A DNA stretch of 64,000 nt, taken from assembly GCA_030248215.1 (NCBI GenBank), contig JASANG010002859.1:1-64000 (forward strand), written 5' to 3'. This DNA is from Enoplolaimus lenunculus. Lineage: Eukaryota. Below the pieces are notes generated by a model. It was not told where the DNA came from. It saw only the letters and a program-made list of their open reading frames with translations, and searched no databases. Position 1 is the stretch's first letter; every line of letters begins with the position of its first letter. A program made the position numbers and the translations under genes. This document shows positions 47,924 through 61,037 of the stretch, one piece after another.

Positions 47924-48251
47924 GGCCCATGTATAGAACAGGGCCGGTTCGTCTTCCGGACTGGCTATAATAGAGTCAGTTTAAGCTGTACACCATTTTT
48001 TTTGCTTAGGTTTAGGCTTAGGTTTAGGCTTAGGCTTAGGAATAGGCTTATACACTGTAAAAAATGAGGAGTCAAATTGACTCTCTCGGAAACAGGCTTT
48101 TCCTGACTACGCACACTGAGTCAAATTTGACTCCGTCAGAGTCAACAGTATATCGAATTTGACTCTGGCGGAGTCAAATTTGACTCAGTTTGCGTAGTCA
48201 GGAAAATCCTGTTCCCGAGAGAGTCAATGTGACTCCACATCTTTTACAGTG
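47924..48251 (+). mobile_element. Telomere-repeat MITE truncated by a CACTG-ended MITE (48053-48251)
   Basis: Left TIR and TTAGGC run are followed by TA|CACTGTAAAAA ... TTTTACAGTG|TA. Confidence 0.8.
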
Positions 48252-49458
48252 TACCAGTGTTCGGTTCAAGTAAACATACAATTGATTGCTTTATGTTCAA
48301 AACGAACCTCAGGTCTTACTTTCTCGTATCTTGAGTGGACGTATTGATGTATAGTATTTTGGGCCTATTCGTCAAATTTGAAATGCTTTAAACGCTTTGT
48401 CCTGAGATAGAAAATGTTGAACAAATATTAATATTTATTAGTGTAATCACCCTAATTAGGGGGTCCAGCATTTCGAGTCCCAATCAATAGGAGTCTGTAT
48501 CCCTAATAAGAGTCCATAAGTGGGAGAGTCCCTAAACACTATTTAAAGTCCATAAATGTCAATTATCCTAAATTGTAGTGTATAAATGACTCCAGGACCA
48601 AGTAAAGTTGAGTTCGAAACTTTAAAGCGTACTTAAAAGTTACTCTTGGCTTGTTTTTTGTTTTTAGCATTAATACTTCATATGAATGAAGGTAAGAACG
48701 AGGCCACATTTGTTTTTAAGTTTTCGATTTGCTCATTTCGACTTAAAAACGAAGAGGATTTATTTGAATTTTAAGGATTCCGTAACACCTCAATTTTTAT
48801 TGATTTGTGTGCAACGTCCAGTACAAGAACGAAAAGATAATATGCTGCAATATAAGGTTCGTTACCTCAGACTAACGTCTTTGCCACCCACCTTTTGCGA
48901 GTACCCCTTATGGTTGATCAAATGTGGCTACGACGTCTAGTTTTATACTCCGCTCATCTGTGTTCGGGATGAGAATATCCATCCAAGGCTCGCAGTGCAC
49001 TTGCATTTCTAGCACAGCTATTACCACCGGACCCAAAGTACAACCCTACAAAATCCATAGGCGGCTACCCAACCGGCTATTACTCTAACTATGGACCGGT
49101 TTTTATACAAATAAAAATAATCGGGACGAGGTTAGACTTTTAGTAATATAACCTGCCGTCTTCTATACATGAGCCGGCGAATTCAATCCTGTGTTGGTTT
49201 TTACCCGTCTCTATTGCCGCTTCTAGGGGCTGCTTGTTAAACTTAAAATTGCCACAGGAGTAGAGTAAATCGTATACAAAAAATGTACTAAATTTTGAGG
49301 CTCAGCATTCACCGGTTCAAAGTTACAAGGCTTGTCATCAACGGGTGATAGGGGCTGGACACATTTAAAAATACAGGCCAAAGATGTAGCAAACGCAGTA
49401 CTCATGCTCATTGCAGTATAAAATTTGTTGACTAAATCCTTTCTTGCATGGACAATAC

Positions 49459-49669
49459 GGCCATATAGAACAGGCCCGGAACAGTAGTATAAGCATATTC
49501 CTAGCCTAAGACTAAGCATAATTCTAAGCCTAAGCGTAAGGATGAGCCTATTCCTAAGCCTAAGCCTAAGCCAAAGCCTAAGCCTACGCAAAAAAGTTAG
49601 TCTAAAACTTAAACTGACTCTATTACGGCCGCGCCGGAAAACGATCCGACCCTGTTCTATGCATAGGCC
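49459..49669 (-). mobile_element. Telomere-repeat MITE with 8-bp TSD GACAATAC
   Basis: GGCCATATAGAACAGG ... CCTGTTCTATGCATAGGCC with a perfect TSD. A further copy lies at ~50575-50730. Confidence 0.85.
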
Positions 49670-50776
49670 GACAATACAATAAGCATGAACAATTCAGCTA
49701 AACGATACTCACTGTACAGTAACAATTATACTTGTACGGGTATCATGCGCTCATCCGTGAGTCAAAAGTACGAATTCAAACTTTATTTCGGATGTCATGT
49801 GACATTGAAAATATTCGTGCGAGAAAAGTTAAACGCGGCAACCCCTTTGTTTTTAAATGGTTGATAACCAACACAAACCTAAACAAACACATATTCGTTC
49901 ATGTGCACTGTAGTAACGTGAAAGAAAGGGCTCACGAATATTTATTTTGTCTCACTAGGAGTACCCCCTATTATTCGATTACGGCTGTTATTTGTTTTTT
50001 AATTCACCAATGTTAGTTGCACCCAAAACCCCTCTTTTTATGCTTTCTGTTGGGCAAAATTGACTGGCTCCAAAACATTTTTATTGGTTGCCATGTTCGT
50101 TAATCTTTTTTCTAGATTAAAGCTTATTCAGGCAGTCTAAGCGTCGGTTACATATTTGAGCAGTCTAGACCATCCTTGTGCTTTGGACTTGTTTACGAAA
50201 CTCAACTGGGACTCCATGGCGTCTATACATTAACGGAGGACTCTGATCAGGGATCTAAACTTCTATTGATTGGGGATCAAAATGGGTGCTCCATCTTATT
50301 ACCCCCCTGTTAATACGGTTGCAACATGTTTTAGCCACGCAATATATTTATATTTTTTCCCAATTTTACTTGTATGCAACTTTTTTATCTATAATTCTAT
50401 TCGTTTTTAGTGAAGGAAAAAACTTTTTAGTTCATTAGACTCAACGATTCGTCGTCGGCATCGGAATCTGAATATAACCAAAGTCCCTAATCGTATTTGA
50501 CGACTCTCGAATTAAAATTAAATTCTGTTGTTGTTGTTGTTTTTTACTTGTATACGAGTTATAAATAATCAGTGTTGTGGCAAATTTTAATGCCTACTGT
50601 TGCGAGACCAAGAGGCCTTGCCAAAGTCTACGCCTAAGCCTAAGCCTAGGCAAAAAATATGTCCACAGCTTAAACTGACTCTGTTACAGCACCTCCGGAA
50701 AACGATCCGGCCCTGTTCTATACATGGGCCCAACTTGCATTAGTGTTTGGTAACCATTAAACAGTGGTGCTTTTTA

Positions 50777-51376
50777 CTGTAGTGACCCGTGTAAGAGGGG
50801 TGACTGATACTTATTTCGCGTTCTCAGAAACTAACAATCCTTGCTATTTGGGAACGGTCTTTATTTGTAACCCACCCTCAATGGTGGTATTTGGACGCCG
50901 CTCATATCAGTTACCCTTGGGGCATTGTTTATGGTTTATACAACAACGTTTTATGCTTTTAAAACGTGAGAATATATACTGCCATGAATTTAGGTAACGT
51001 GCACTGTAATTAAATCAAATTCCTGGCCCATGTAAAGATCAGGGGCAGAACGTTTTTCTGTGGGACTGCAATAGAGTAAGCTTAAGCTTTAGGCTTAGGA
51101 ATATGCTCATTGTTAGGCTTAGACTTAGGAATATGCTTATAACACTATTCCGCCCCTGTTCTTTAATACATTGGCCAAATCCTACTGAACTTTATTTGGC
51201 TCAACAAGCATTTGTGTAATTATTCGGACACTTTAGATTTATTGACTCTAAATTAAAATTTTGGACTGTCCAAACACGGATTGCATTTAGTAATACAAAC
51301 TGCTATTGATTCAGACTCAAAATACACTTTGCCGCGTCTTATATATTACCTCCCCCTGTTGTTCGGGTCACTACAA
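50777..51376. mobile_element. TA-TSD CTGTAGTGACCCG MITE containing a nested telomere-repeat MITE (51025-51176)
   Basis: CTGTAGTGACCCGTGTAAGAGG ... TTCGGGTCACTACAA, with inner GGCCCATG...CATTGGCC. Confidence 0.7.
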
Positions 51377-51378
51377 TA

Positions 51379-53292
51379 CTGTAGTGACCCGAACAAGAGA
51401 GACTTAAGAAAGGGGTCTCCATTTTGAGTTAGTGACTCGAACAAGAGAGTCTTAAGAAAGGGGTCTCCATTTTGAGTCAGTGACCCGAACAAGAGAGTCT
51501 TAAGAAAGGGGTCTCCATTTTGAAACAATGACCCGAACAAGAGAGTCTTAAGAAAGGGGTCTCCATTTTGAGTCAGTGACCCGAACAAGAGAGTCTTAAG
51601 AAAGGGGTCTCCATTTTGAGTCAGTGACTCGAACAAGAGAGTCTTAAGAAAGGGGTCTCCATTTTGAGTCAGTGACCCGAACAAGAGAGTCTTAAGAAAG
51701 GGGTCTCCATGTTGAGTCAGTGACCCGAACAAGAGAGTCTTAAGAATGGGGTCTCCATGTTAAGTCAGTGACCCGGACAAGAGAGTCTTAAGAATGGGGT
51801 CTCCATGTTGAGTCAGTGACCCGAACAAGAGAGTCTTAAAAATGGGGTCTCCATGTTGAGTCAGTGACCCGGACAAGAGAGTCTTAAGAATGGGGTCTCC
51901 ATGTTGAGTCAGTGACCCGAACAAGAGAGTCTTAAGAATGGGGTCTCCATGTTGAGTCAGTGACCCGGACAAGAGAGTCTTAAGAATGGGGTCTCCATGT
52001 TGAGTCAGTGACCCGAACAAGAGAGTCTTAAGAATGGGGTCTCCATGTTGAGTCAGTGACCCGAACAAGAGAGTCTTAAGAATGGGGTCTCCATGTTGAG
52101 TCAGTGACCCGAACAAGAGAGTCTTAAGAATGAAGTCTCCATGTTGAGTCAGTGACCTGAACAAGAGAGTCTTAAGAATGGGGTCTCCATTTTGAGTCAG
52201 TGACTCGAACAAGAGAGTCTTAAAAGGGGGTCTCCATTTTGAGTCAGTGACCCGAACAAGAGAGTCTTAAGAATGGGGTCTCCATGTTGAGTCAGTGACC
52301 CGGACAAGAGATTCTTAAGAATGGGGTCTCCATGTTGAGTCAGTGACCCGAACAAGAGAGTCTTAAGAATGGGGTCTCCATGTTGAGTCAGTGACCCGGA
52401 CAAGAGAGTCTTAAGAATGGGGTCTCCATGTTGAGTCAGTGACTTGAACAAGAGAGTCTTAAGAATGGGGTCTCCATGTTGAGTCAGTGACCCGAACAAG
52501 AGAGTCTTAAAATGGGGTCTCCATGTTGAGTCAGTGACCCGAACAAGAGAGTCTTAAGAATGGGGTCTCCATGTTGAGTCAGTGACCCGAACAAGAGAGT
52601 CTTAAGAATGGGGTCTCCATTTTGAGTCAGTGACTCGAACAAGAGAGTCTTAAGAATGGGGTCTCCATGTTGAGTCAGTGACCCGAACAAGAGAGTCTTA
52701 AGAATGGGGTCTCCATGTTGAGTCAGTGACCCGGACAAGAGAGTCTTAAGAATGGGGTCTCCATGTTGAGTCAGTGACTTGAACAAGAGAGTCTTAAGAA
52801 TGGGGTCTCCATGTTGAGTCAGTGACCCGAACAAGAGAGTCTTAAAATGGGGTCTCCATGTTGAGTCAGTGACCCGAACAAGAGAGTCTTAAGAATGGGG
52901 TCTCCATGTTGAGTCAGTGACCCGAACAAGAGAGTCTTAAGAATGGGGTCTCCATTTTGAGTCAGTGACTCGAACAAGAGAGTCTTAAGAGGGGGTCTCC
53001 ATTTTGAGACCGTGACCCGAACAAGAGAGTCTTAAGAATGGAGTCTCCATGTTGAGTCAGTGACCCGGACAAGAGAGTCTTAAGAATGGGGTCTCCATGT
53101 TGAGTCAGTGACCCGAACAAGAGAGTCTTAAGAATGTGGTCTCCATGTTGAGTCAGTGACCCGAACAAGAGAGTCTTAAGAATGGGGTCTCTATTTTGAG
53201 TCAGTGACTCGAACAAGAGAGTCTTAAGAGGGGGTCTCCATTTTGAGTCAGTGACCCGAACAAGAGTCTTAAGAGGGGGTCTCGATTCTGAG
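51379..53292. repeat. 48-bp tandem array, about 40 copies, derived from a MITE terminus
   Basis: Unit GTGACCCGAACAAGAGAGTCTTAAGAATGGGGTCTCCATGTTGAGTCA; the array starts with TA|CTGTAGTGACCCG. Confidence 0.95.
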
Positions 53293-53599
53293 CCCCAATA
53301 AATCGGAGTTTATATCTCTTTACATACGGACCGGTGTCTATACATTTCACTTTAAAATCTCAGCAAAAGCGCAGATTTGAATGTTATTTTAACCTTAGCC
53401 GTATCGTAGAAATTCATGACCAGACCGAATTTAATTTACTACCATAAGCCTCGTTTTAATCAAATAGACGCGCTACCGGTTGCTTTGATTTTCATATTTT
53501 CTGCATATTAAACCGTTTCGAATTTTAGTGAAAACTTGAATAAAAGCCAAAACATTGTTGATGGTGTGTTTTTGGTTATTCAAGAATGTCGTATACTCA

Positions 53600-53766
53600 T
53601 GGCTGTAGCCAGCTCACCGTGCTAGAGGGTGGTAAAAAGTTTTCAGGAGGCGCATACAAGGGTTTTCAATGACATTAACAGGCAAGGTAGAAAATTTTCT
53701 GGGGGGGGGGGCAAAATTTTTTCAGGGGGGCTGAGCGCCCCCGGACCCCCCTTGGTTACGGGCCCG
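53600..53766. mobile_element. GC-ended MITE family (CCCGTAGCCAG...CTACGG); also ~55647-55816, 57466-57627, 59646-59804, 61838-61980
   Basis: Recurrent GTAGCCAGCTCA..GCTAG..GGGGG..AAAATTTT..GGGGG..CCCCC..TGGCTACGG layout. Confidence 0.6.
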
Positions 53767-54538
53767 CGTATATTTTAAATTTCACACTATTTCATGAGCA
53801 TTTAGCAGTCCATGTAGGTAGGAGTTTAAACCGTTAGGGGCCTGAAATATGTAGTGGGAATCCTGTTGTATGCCGCTAAATCTCGTATTATCGGCCAGTG
53901 CGCAAAACATCTGGTTAATATCAAATATCACCGAATAATTATTGGTCCAAGAACTAAGACGGCCCTGAACTACTTGTGGACCCTTCACTGACAACCCGTT
54001 TGCCCTTTGGGCGTTCGCTAAGCCGGCCATTTATTATCAAGTTACAAATTAAATTTAAATATTTAGCAAAATGCAGGCGTTGGAAGTCGTTTGAATGCGC
54101 TTCTTTTGCAGTTGAGTTCAACTTTTGCAGAATATAATTTTATTTATTTTCATCGCAAACCAAACAGATCTTAGAGTTTATACCATCGATTCGCACTGCG
54201 GTTTTAGCCTATGAAAATTGGTTATATAAACGCGAGTGCAAACACGGTTTAGTTTAGTTATATTTTTTTGTGACAAAACCGAACATTTTGAAACCTATAC
54301 GGGTACACAAAATTTTAAATTATAATTACGGTTTTGCTGTGTTTTTCACCTGGTTTTTTGTGGACGGTTTGCTCCCAAGATAGCAAAATTATATATGTTT
54401 ACAATTATGTTACCGGTATGGTATTAAATTATAACCAATTATTCGTTGAAGTATCAATTGACTTTAGTTTTTGAAAAGTTTAAACTTAATTTTGTTTACA
54501 AATATAAAAGCAACTGTTTTTTGTATTTTTACTCTTTT

Positions 54539-54761
54539 GGCCCATGTAAAGAACAAAGCCGGATCGTTTTCCGATAGGGCTGTAATAGAGTCAGTTTACG
54601 CTTTGCACGAACTTTTTTTGCTTAGGCTTAGGCTTAGGCTTAGGCTTAAGAATAGGCTTAGACTTAGGCTTAGGCTTTCGGCTTAGGAACAGGCTTAGGC
54701 TTGGGCTTAGGTTTTAGAATATGCTTATACTACTGTTCCGGCCCTGTTACATACATTTACC
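54539..54761 (+). mobile_element. Telomere-repeat MITE
   Basis: GGCCCATGTAAAGAAC, long TTAGGC runs, TACTACTGTTCCGGCCCTGTT. Confidence 0.85.
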
Positions 54762-55117
54762 GAAAAAGGTACCAAATTTTTTGAACCAATTTCTCAACAA
54801 AGGCTTGACTAAAACCCGCTAGCTAGACGCTTGCTGCGATATATACCATAAAATTAAGTTTCCAACTGTCATCAAATAAACAAATTAAAAGTAGATAAAT
54901 CGAATAAGTGTAAAATGTCAGTTCCGTTGAATTTACTCAAAAACTAAACCACCAGTTCCGCTCATAAAATGACACCCTTTGTACATGATTTACTTGCAAA
55001 ATTAGTCAAATAACTTATGTTTTTGCTATTTTATTAAATAATTGATATCACGAAGTTTCAAAATGAATGAAAAATGAAGTAAACTTTGACCGACACAAAT
55101 ATGGTCCCGACATGTTA

Positions 55118-55565
55118 CTGTAGTGACCCGAATAACAGGGGTAATAAGAGGGCGTCCCCATTTTGTGTCCCAATCTATAGGAGTTCGTATCCCTAATAAG
55201 AGTCTCCGTAAGCGGACAGAGTCCCTGAACCCTAATTAGAGTCCACAAATGTCAATTATCCCTATTTGCAGCGCATAAATGACTCCAGGACCAAATAAAG
55301 TTGTGTTCGAAACTTTAAAGCATACTTAAGTTTTGAAAGTACATTCCTGAGTAACCTTGCATTATCGCTCAAGCTTTTGATGTATATAAGTGCAAAAAAC
55401 GTTTAATTCAACGAATAGTCGCAATACCGGATATATATCAGCAACGAAGAGTGGCGGAGGGCATGCTGAAAATAAATAACTGTCCGTAACCGAATAGCAG
55501 GTGGGGGTTCCCTCTGGAGAGGCCAAGTAAACATAAGTCGCCCCATCTTATTCGGGTCGCTACAT
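55118..55565. mobile_element. TA-TSD CTGTAGTGACCCG MITE (Tc1/mariner/pogo-like target site); fragments also ~46860-47118, 48440-48640, 61600-61760
   Basis: CTGTAGTGACCCGAATAA ... TTATTCGGGTCGCTACA; homologous in inverted orientation to 43990-44428. Confidence 0.8.
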
Positions 55566-56558
55566 TACACACAATGAGATTTGGCGACACATCCCTTGGT
55601 TTGCTAAAACAGCTCTTTTTGATAGGTGGCAGCTGGATATATAGAATTGGGCCCCTAGCGAAGGGGGGCGGGCAGGGGGCTCAGCCACCTTCCAAACTTT
55701 TCCCCCTCCCCCTAAAAAATTTTTCACCTTGCAAGTAAAGTCAACGAAAACCTTTGTATGTCCCTCCTGAAAAAATGATAGCCTCCATCTAGCAGTATGA
55801 GCTGGCTACGATCCTGTATAGAATCGAAATAACATTACAAAGTGTTAAGTTTACACTTTTATCAATAAATTCTTCCAGAATGCCTAGCTTGTGTACCCCC
55901 GTTCCATATGCAGCGGCAATGCTTATGGGCACAAAAATAGCTAAGTTTCAAGTGAAGCTAAAAGCTTAACCCAGTAGTTAACTTTAGGTTTGCTCACAGT
56001 CGCTCTCAGTAATTTTTGAGCATCTGAGAACCAACTAAAGACATACGCAAGTTTGAGTATGGTTGTTTACACCAACACTTCTCATACCACCCGTTTTCCT
56101 AAAATTTGCTCAACCTGGTTACGGCAAAATGTACATTTCTGACCAAAATTGTGAAAACCGTGTGATACAAATGAAATTTTTGTGTAAAAATATCGAAGTC
56201 TGCGAAAGTTTACGGCTGAAGCGACTTGCGGTTTTGAATATGTTAAAGTTTGCCGTTTAGTTAAAATATTGTCCTAAATTAGCGATGCTGGCTGTTTTTG
56301 GGATAGCAGGTGGTAGACTGAAATTAACTCTTTAGAATACCACGGTGGTTGTGTTTCTGTGTCGGTTTTTCGGTGATATTTACCGTTCTATACACGTTTA
56401 AAAGCGTATTTTATGTACTAATGCGTAGTAATTTCATATAGCGTGCTAATTATGCATTCTACTATGCTCACTAAACAATCATCAAGTTTCAAATCTTTCG
56501 CAAAGCTGAAAGTTTGGACAAATTTCTGTCGTAGAAATACACGAAAAATGTTGAGAAG

Positions 56559-57170
56559 GGCGCCGTCCGTCATTCGTACGGCTCTGTCTGTCATTCGTAC
56601 GGCTCCGTCCGTCATTCGTTCCGTCATTCGTACGGCGCCGTCCGTCATTCGTACGGCGCCGTCCGTCATTCGTACGGCGCCGTCCGTTATTCGTACGGCG
56701 CCGTCCGTCATTCGTACGGCGCCGTCCGTCATTCGTACGGCGCCGTCCGTCATTCGTACGGCGCCGTCCGTCATTCGTACGGCGCCGTCCGTCATTCGTA
56801 CGGCGCCGTCCGTCATTCGTACGGCGCCGTCCGTCATTCGTACGGCGCCGTCCGTCATTCGTACGGCGCCGTCCGTCATTCGTACGGCGCTGTCCGTCAT
56901 TCGTACAGCGCTGTACGTCATTCGTACGGCGCTGTCCGTCATTCGTACGGCGCTGTCTGTCATTCGTACGGCGCTGTCTGTCATTCGTACGGCGCTGTCC
57001 GTCATTCGTACGGCGCTGTCCGTCATTCGTACGGCGCTGTCCGTCATTCGTACGGCGCTGTCCGTCATTCGTACGGCGCTGTCCGTCATTCGTACGGCGC
57101 TGTCCGTCATTCGTACGGCGCTGTCTGTCATTCGTACGGCGCCGTCCGTCATACGTACGTCGCCGTTCGT
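56559..57170. repeat. 21-bp CpG-rich minisatellite, about 29 copies
   Basis: Unit GGCGC(C/T)GTCCGTCATTCGTAC. Confidence 0.95.
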
Positions 57171-57849
57171 AATTTGTTTGCCTATTGCGGAAAACTTTCC
57201 CACGCAATAGGCCGTGTAGTTTTTTTCTCATGAAACATTTACCAGCCATATTTGAAAATAGACTGCGCCCGATATTTTCTCGTTATAATAACTCAGGCAA
57301 CACGACTGATCACAGCTTAGCTTGCGAGCCTAATTACTGTAATGGAGGTTTCCGGTTCCAATATTACGCGATTACCAGCAAATCCTTGCAAGGAGCAAGT
57401 ACCAGCGAACAAACTTATCGCTTATGGTTTAATAGTTTTTGCTATATTGCGTTTCATGGCGTACACGCCCGTAGCCAGCTCAACTTGCTAGAAGGGGGAA
57501 GGCTAAAAATTGTTTCATGAGGGGCATTTTAGGATTCTTAATGACTTGCAAACAATGTTGAAATTTTTCTAGGGGGGACAAAATTTTTTCAGGGGGTCTG
57601 AGCCCCAGCCCCCTTTGGCTACGGTCCGATGGGCTTACATGAGCATATAATATGATGTTTGTTTAAAAAATGTAAGTAGTTGTTTTGTTTGGGTTTTATA
57701 CCATTTTGAGTGTCATTTTAAGCTTCTAATACCGTCTGTCCGAATTACAAGCTAATCGCTCAGTATTGTGAGTATTAGCGAAATTGTACACAACGTAATT
57801 GGAAAGTCTTAGTTTTTGGCGTTTTATATTGAGGGACTAAACGTTTAAC

Positions 57850-58066
57850 GTCGAATGTATAGAACAGGGCCCGATCGTTTTCCTGAGGGGCTGTAATAGA
57901 GTCAGTATAAGCTTTAGACTAATTTTTAAGCTTTAGACTAATTTGTTTGGCTTAGGCTTAGGCTTAGGCTTAGGAATCGGTTCATCCATACGCTTAGGCT
58001 TACACTTAGCCTTAGGCTTAGGAATATATTTATACTACTGTTCCGGCCCTGTTCTATACATGGACC
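57850..58066 (+). mobile_element. Telomere-repeat MITE; further partial copies 59060-59190 and 59193-59280
   Basis: ATGTATAGAACAGGGC ... GGCCCTGTTCTATACATGGACC with a TTAGGC core. Confidence 0.85.
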
Positions 58067-60835
58067 ATTTTTTCAAACATTTTGTGTGCAATCGGATCGA
58101 AATAACGTAAATCGTTAAGCCAGAAGTCAAATTTTAATTTGGCATGTAACTGTTATTTTTATAAAATTTTCAACTATACAGACCAACGGCTAATTACAAT
58201 ATTCGCTGTTTTGAAACTAAAATTTTGCTACTAAAAACATTTAAAAACACTGGTAAAAAACAGTATATCGTAGTGATGTGGTGTTTTGTTGGGTTTGCGT
58301 TGACCCTCTCGAACTCGTAATAAAAGTAGCCTAATTTCCGGACATCACTTTATATTTAAAACCTCAGCGCTTGTTCAAATATTGATCGGAAAAATTGCAC
58401 CATTGCGTGACATAAATTTAATTTTTTTTCTTCTCAAACTTTGTATGCAGCACCCGTAAAAACGGACCAAAACTTATATGCGACCCATTTCTGTGGTCAG
58501 GCAGCAACTGTACAATGTAATACCGGTGGTACCAAGAGGTTGTGTAAGGTCGGCAAGGTTCGTTCCGTTTGGACCTTGTTTTAGTTCCATAAGGTAACCC
58601 TCACTCGGTGAACCGTCGGTAACGATTTGTTAAATTTTGTTAATATCAACGAATTTTTATGGCATCTTGTTGTTCGCTACGCTACAGTATGGTATTTTAG
58701 CATTTTTCCTATTTGTGGCACTTGAGTTTCCTAAAAGGTACTTGATAAAGATTTCTTAGCTAATAAAAATTAAACCTTTTTATTATAAGACCGCAAGTAT
58801 AAAGTGGTATTAGCATCTTTGTTTTCGTCGGATTTAAATCGGCATTTTGAGACAGCCAATAGGCAATTTTATGGTAAACGCAAAAATGTTACTGTTTTAT
58901 TTTTTAGCAATCATTTTATAAATACAAAACACTTTTTTCTACGTTTAATTGATGCAAAAATAGCGTTTTGACAAACACTAAAAAGACAGTTCGCATTATA
59001 GCGTTTTGCTATATAACCAAATCATTGCTGAAAACGGTAGAAATGAATCAACTCATACGGACCGATGTATAGAACAGGGTCGTAACAGTAATATAAAAGC
59101 AAATTTGTAAAGCCTAAGCCGATAAGCGCCTAAGCGTGAGAAGTACCTTATACCTAGGCTTAAGCCTAGATCTAAGCCTAAGCAAACAAAATGGCCCATG
59201 TTACTTTAAGGGGCGTCCAGGTGTCTGGTGGGTCTATGAAGAGTAGGTTTAGATTCTAGATTACATTTTTTGCTTAAGCATAACCACTCCTGGTGTGATT
59301 AGCTCGAGATTAACAAAAATGTTTCCCAACCGAAAAAGCCCCTGTGTTCAAACGGGAAATGTTATTAGTCAATTCAACGGTTACACTTAATGACGTTGCA
59401 GGTTTCGAGCGATTTCTTGTATGAGTTCGCAACGTATCGCAATTTTAGCGTTTGCAAACTACATGGCTGTCATAATGAAGTGCAATCTGGCCCAATCACA
59501 GAAAACACTCATTAATTAGCTGTAAATGCAAATGTCAACTAAAACACATTTAGGCGAAAATTACTACACAATTTTCATGTTTCAGTTGTTTTTTGGTTCT
59601 GTCGTTTAATTATCTATAGTGCCTATGAATATGTTATATTCGCCTACCCGTAGCCAGCTCACCTTGCTAAGGGATAGGGGGGGCTAAAATTTTTTCAGAA
59701 GGTGCATTCAAGGGTTTGTAATGACTTGCAAGCAAGGTTGAAAATTTTCTAGCGGGGTCAAAACTTTTCCAGGGGGGCGGAAACCCCCCTTGGCTATGGG
59801 CCCGTATATATACCTTAAAAATTGCTTAATTATTTGACTAGTCGAATTTTGACTCAGTTGGCGTAGTCCCGTACAGTCTATTTCGGAATGAGTCAATTTG
59901 ACTCACCATTTTTTTGCAGTGTACTCAGCACAGCAAAACATCAAAAATTACTAACCAAACGCAAATGATGCACTTTCTTCAAGCGACAAACTTCCCAAAA
60001 ATAGCGGTGTTTGTTTACTTATTACAAAATACACTCAAACAGTCGACGCACACTGGCACTGGTAGATATATTCAGAGGGATAGCGCAACTGCGCACCCCC
60101 GTTTTCCTAAACATATTCTTATACCAAAGTGGTAGGATTATTTAGTGAAAAATTGCAAAAATCGCAGCGATAGCAACTTTATTTGCAATTTTCTCTACTC
60201 AAGTTTATTTGAAACACCTTAAGCTCTATTCTCAAATGTGTGTAACACCTATTACCAGTTGGTGATACGTCTTATAACTGTAGAACCAGGGAATCGTGAC
60301 GTTTGAAATTCAGCACATTTTATTGCGTTCGATTTAGTCTACTTTTGTGCAAATTTTGATATCTACAATTGTAGCAGTAACGTTAGTTTAAAAACCTATT
60401 ACTAACTGATGATAGGTGCTATATGCATTTGAGAATAACGACCCTTATTCACAATATTATGGCACTAGGCCGTGTTCGCACGTACTTGGTTTTAGAAACA
60501 TTAGTCCGCAACAGGTTAAATAATTGATGTTATATACAATTAGGTTGTGCCGCTTTGTTATTGCCGTTATCCATAGCTTGTTACGAGGTCCAGATAATTT
60601 TTTGTACCATTAATATTTAGGAATGAATACGATACGTGACGAAATAGTAAATACGTGACGAAATAGTAAATGCGCTGGCATAATATTGAGTTGAGAGACC
60701 GTATTCTCAAATTTGTGTAGCACCTATAACCAGTTGATGATAAGTCTTGTAACTTTGGAACCAATGAATGCTGAGAGTTAGCAGTTGTATTGCGTTTGCT
60801 ACATCTTTGACCCGTATTCTTAAATGTGTCCTCAG

Positions 60836-61037
60836 CAGGGTGCAACCGGATTTATAAAACACTGGAATCGGAACCGGAACCGGAAAGTTAAAAAATACCG
60901 GAACCGGAGCCGGAAAACAAAAAATATTTGTTACCAAAAAATTTTTATGAAAAAAATTTTCAATACCGAAAATACCGGAAAATTCCGGTGAAAAATGCCG
61001 GATTTTTTACCGGAACCGGAATTCCGGTTGCATCCTG
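60836..61037. mobile_element. hAT-like MITE, TSD GTCCTCAG
   Basis: CAGGGTGCAACCGGA ... TCCGGTTGCATCCTG with a perfect 8-bp TSD; same family as 37363-37753. Confidence 0.9.

Noticed and set aside
51379..53292. CRISPR-like array or repeat-protein ORFs (FGSLTQHGDPILKTLL)n
   Set aside because: Units are head-to-tail with no unique spacers, there are no cas genes and the context is eukaryotic. The ORFs are broken by 1-bp deletions and arise only because 48 is a multiple of 3.
53782..54030. 82-aa ATG-started ORF on the minus strand
   Set aside because: No recognisable motif or clear splice context, so it is not supportable as a gene.
54620..54715. True telomere or chromosome-fusion scar
   Set aside because: TTAGGC runs are short, occur in both orientations across the window and are enclosed in the MITE framework of TIRs and TSDs.
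56418..57249. Three overlapping ~255-aa ORFs with 7-aa repeats
   Set aside because: They are translations of the 21-bp minisatellite on both strands, with no coding evidence.
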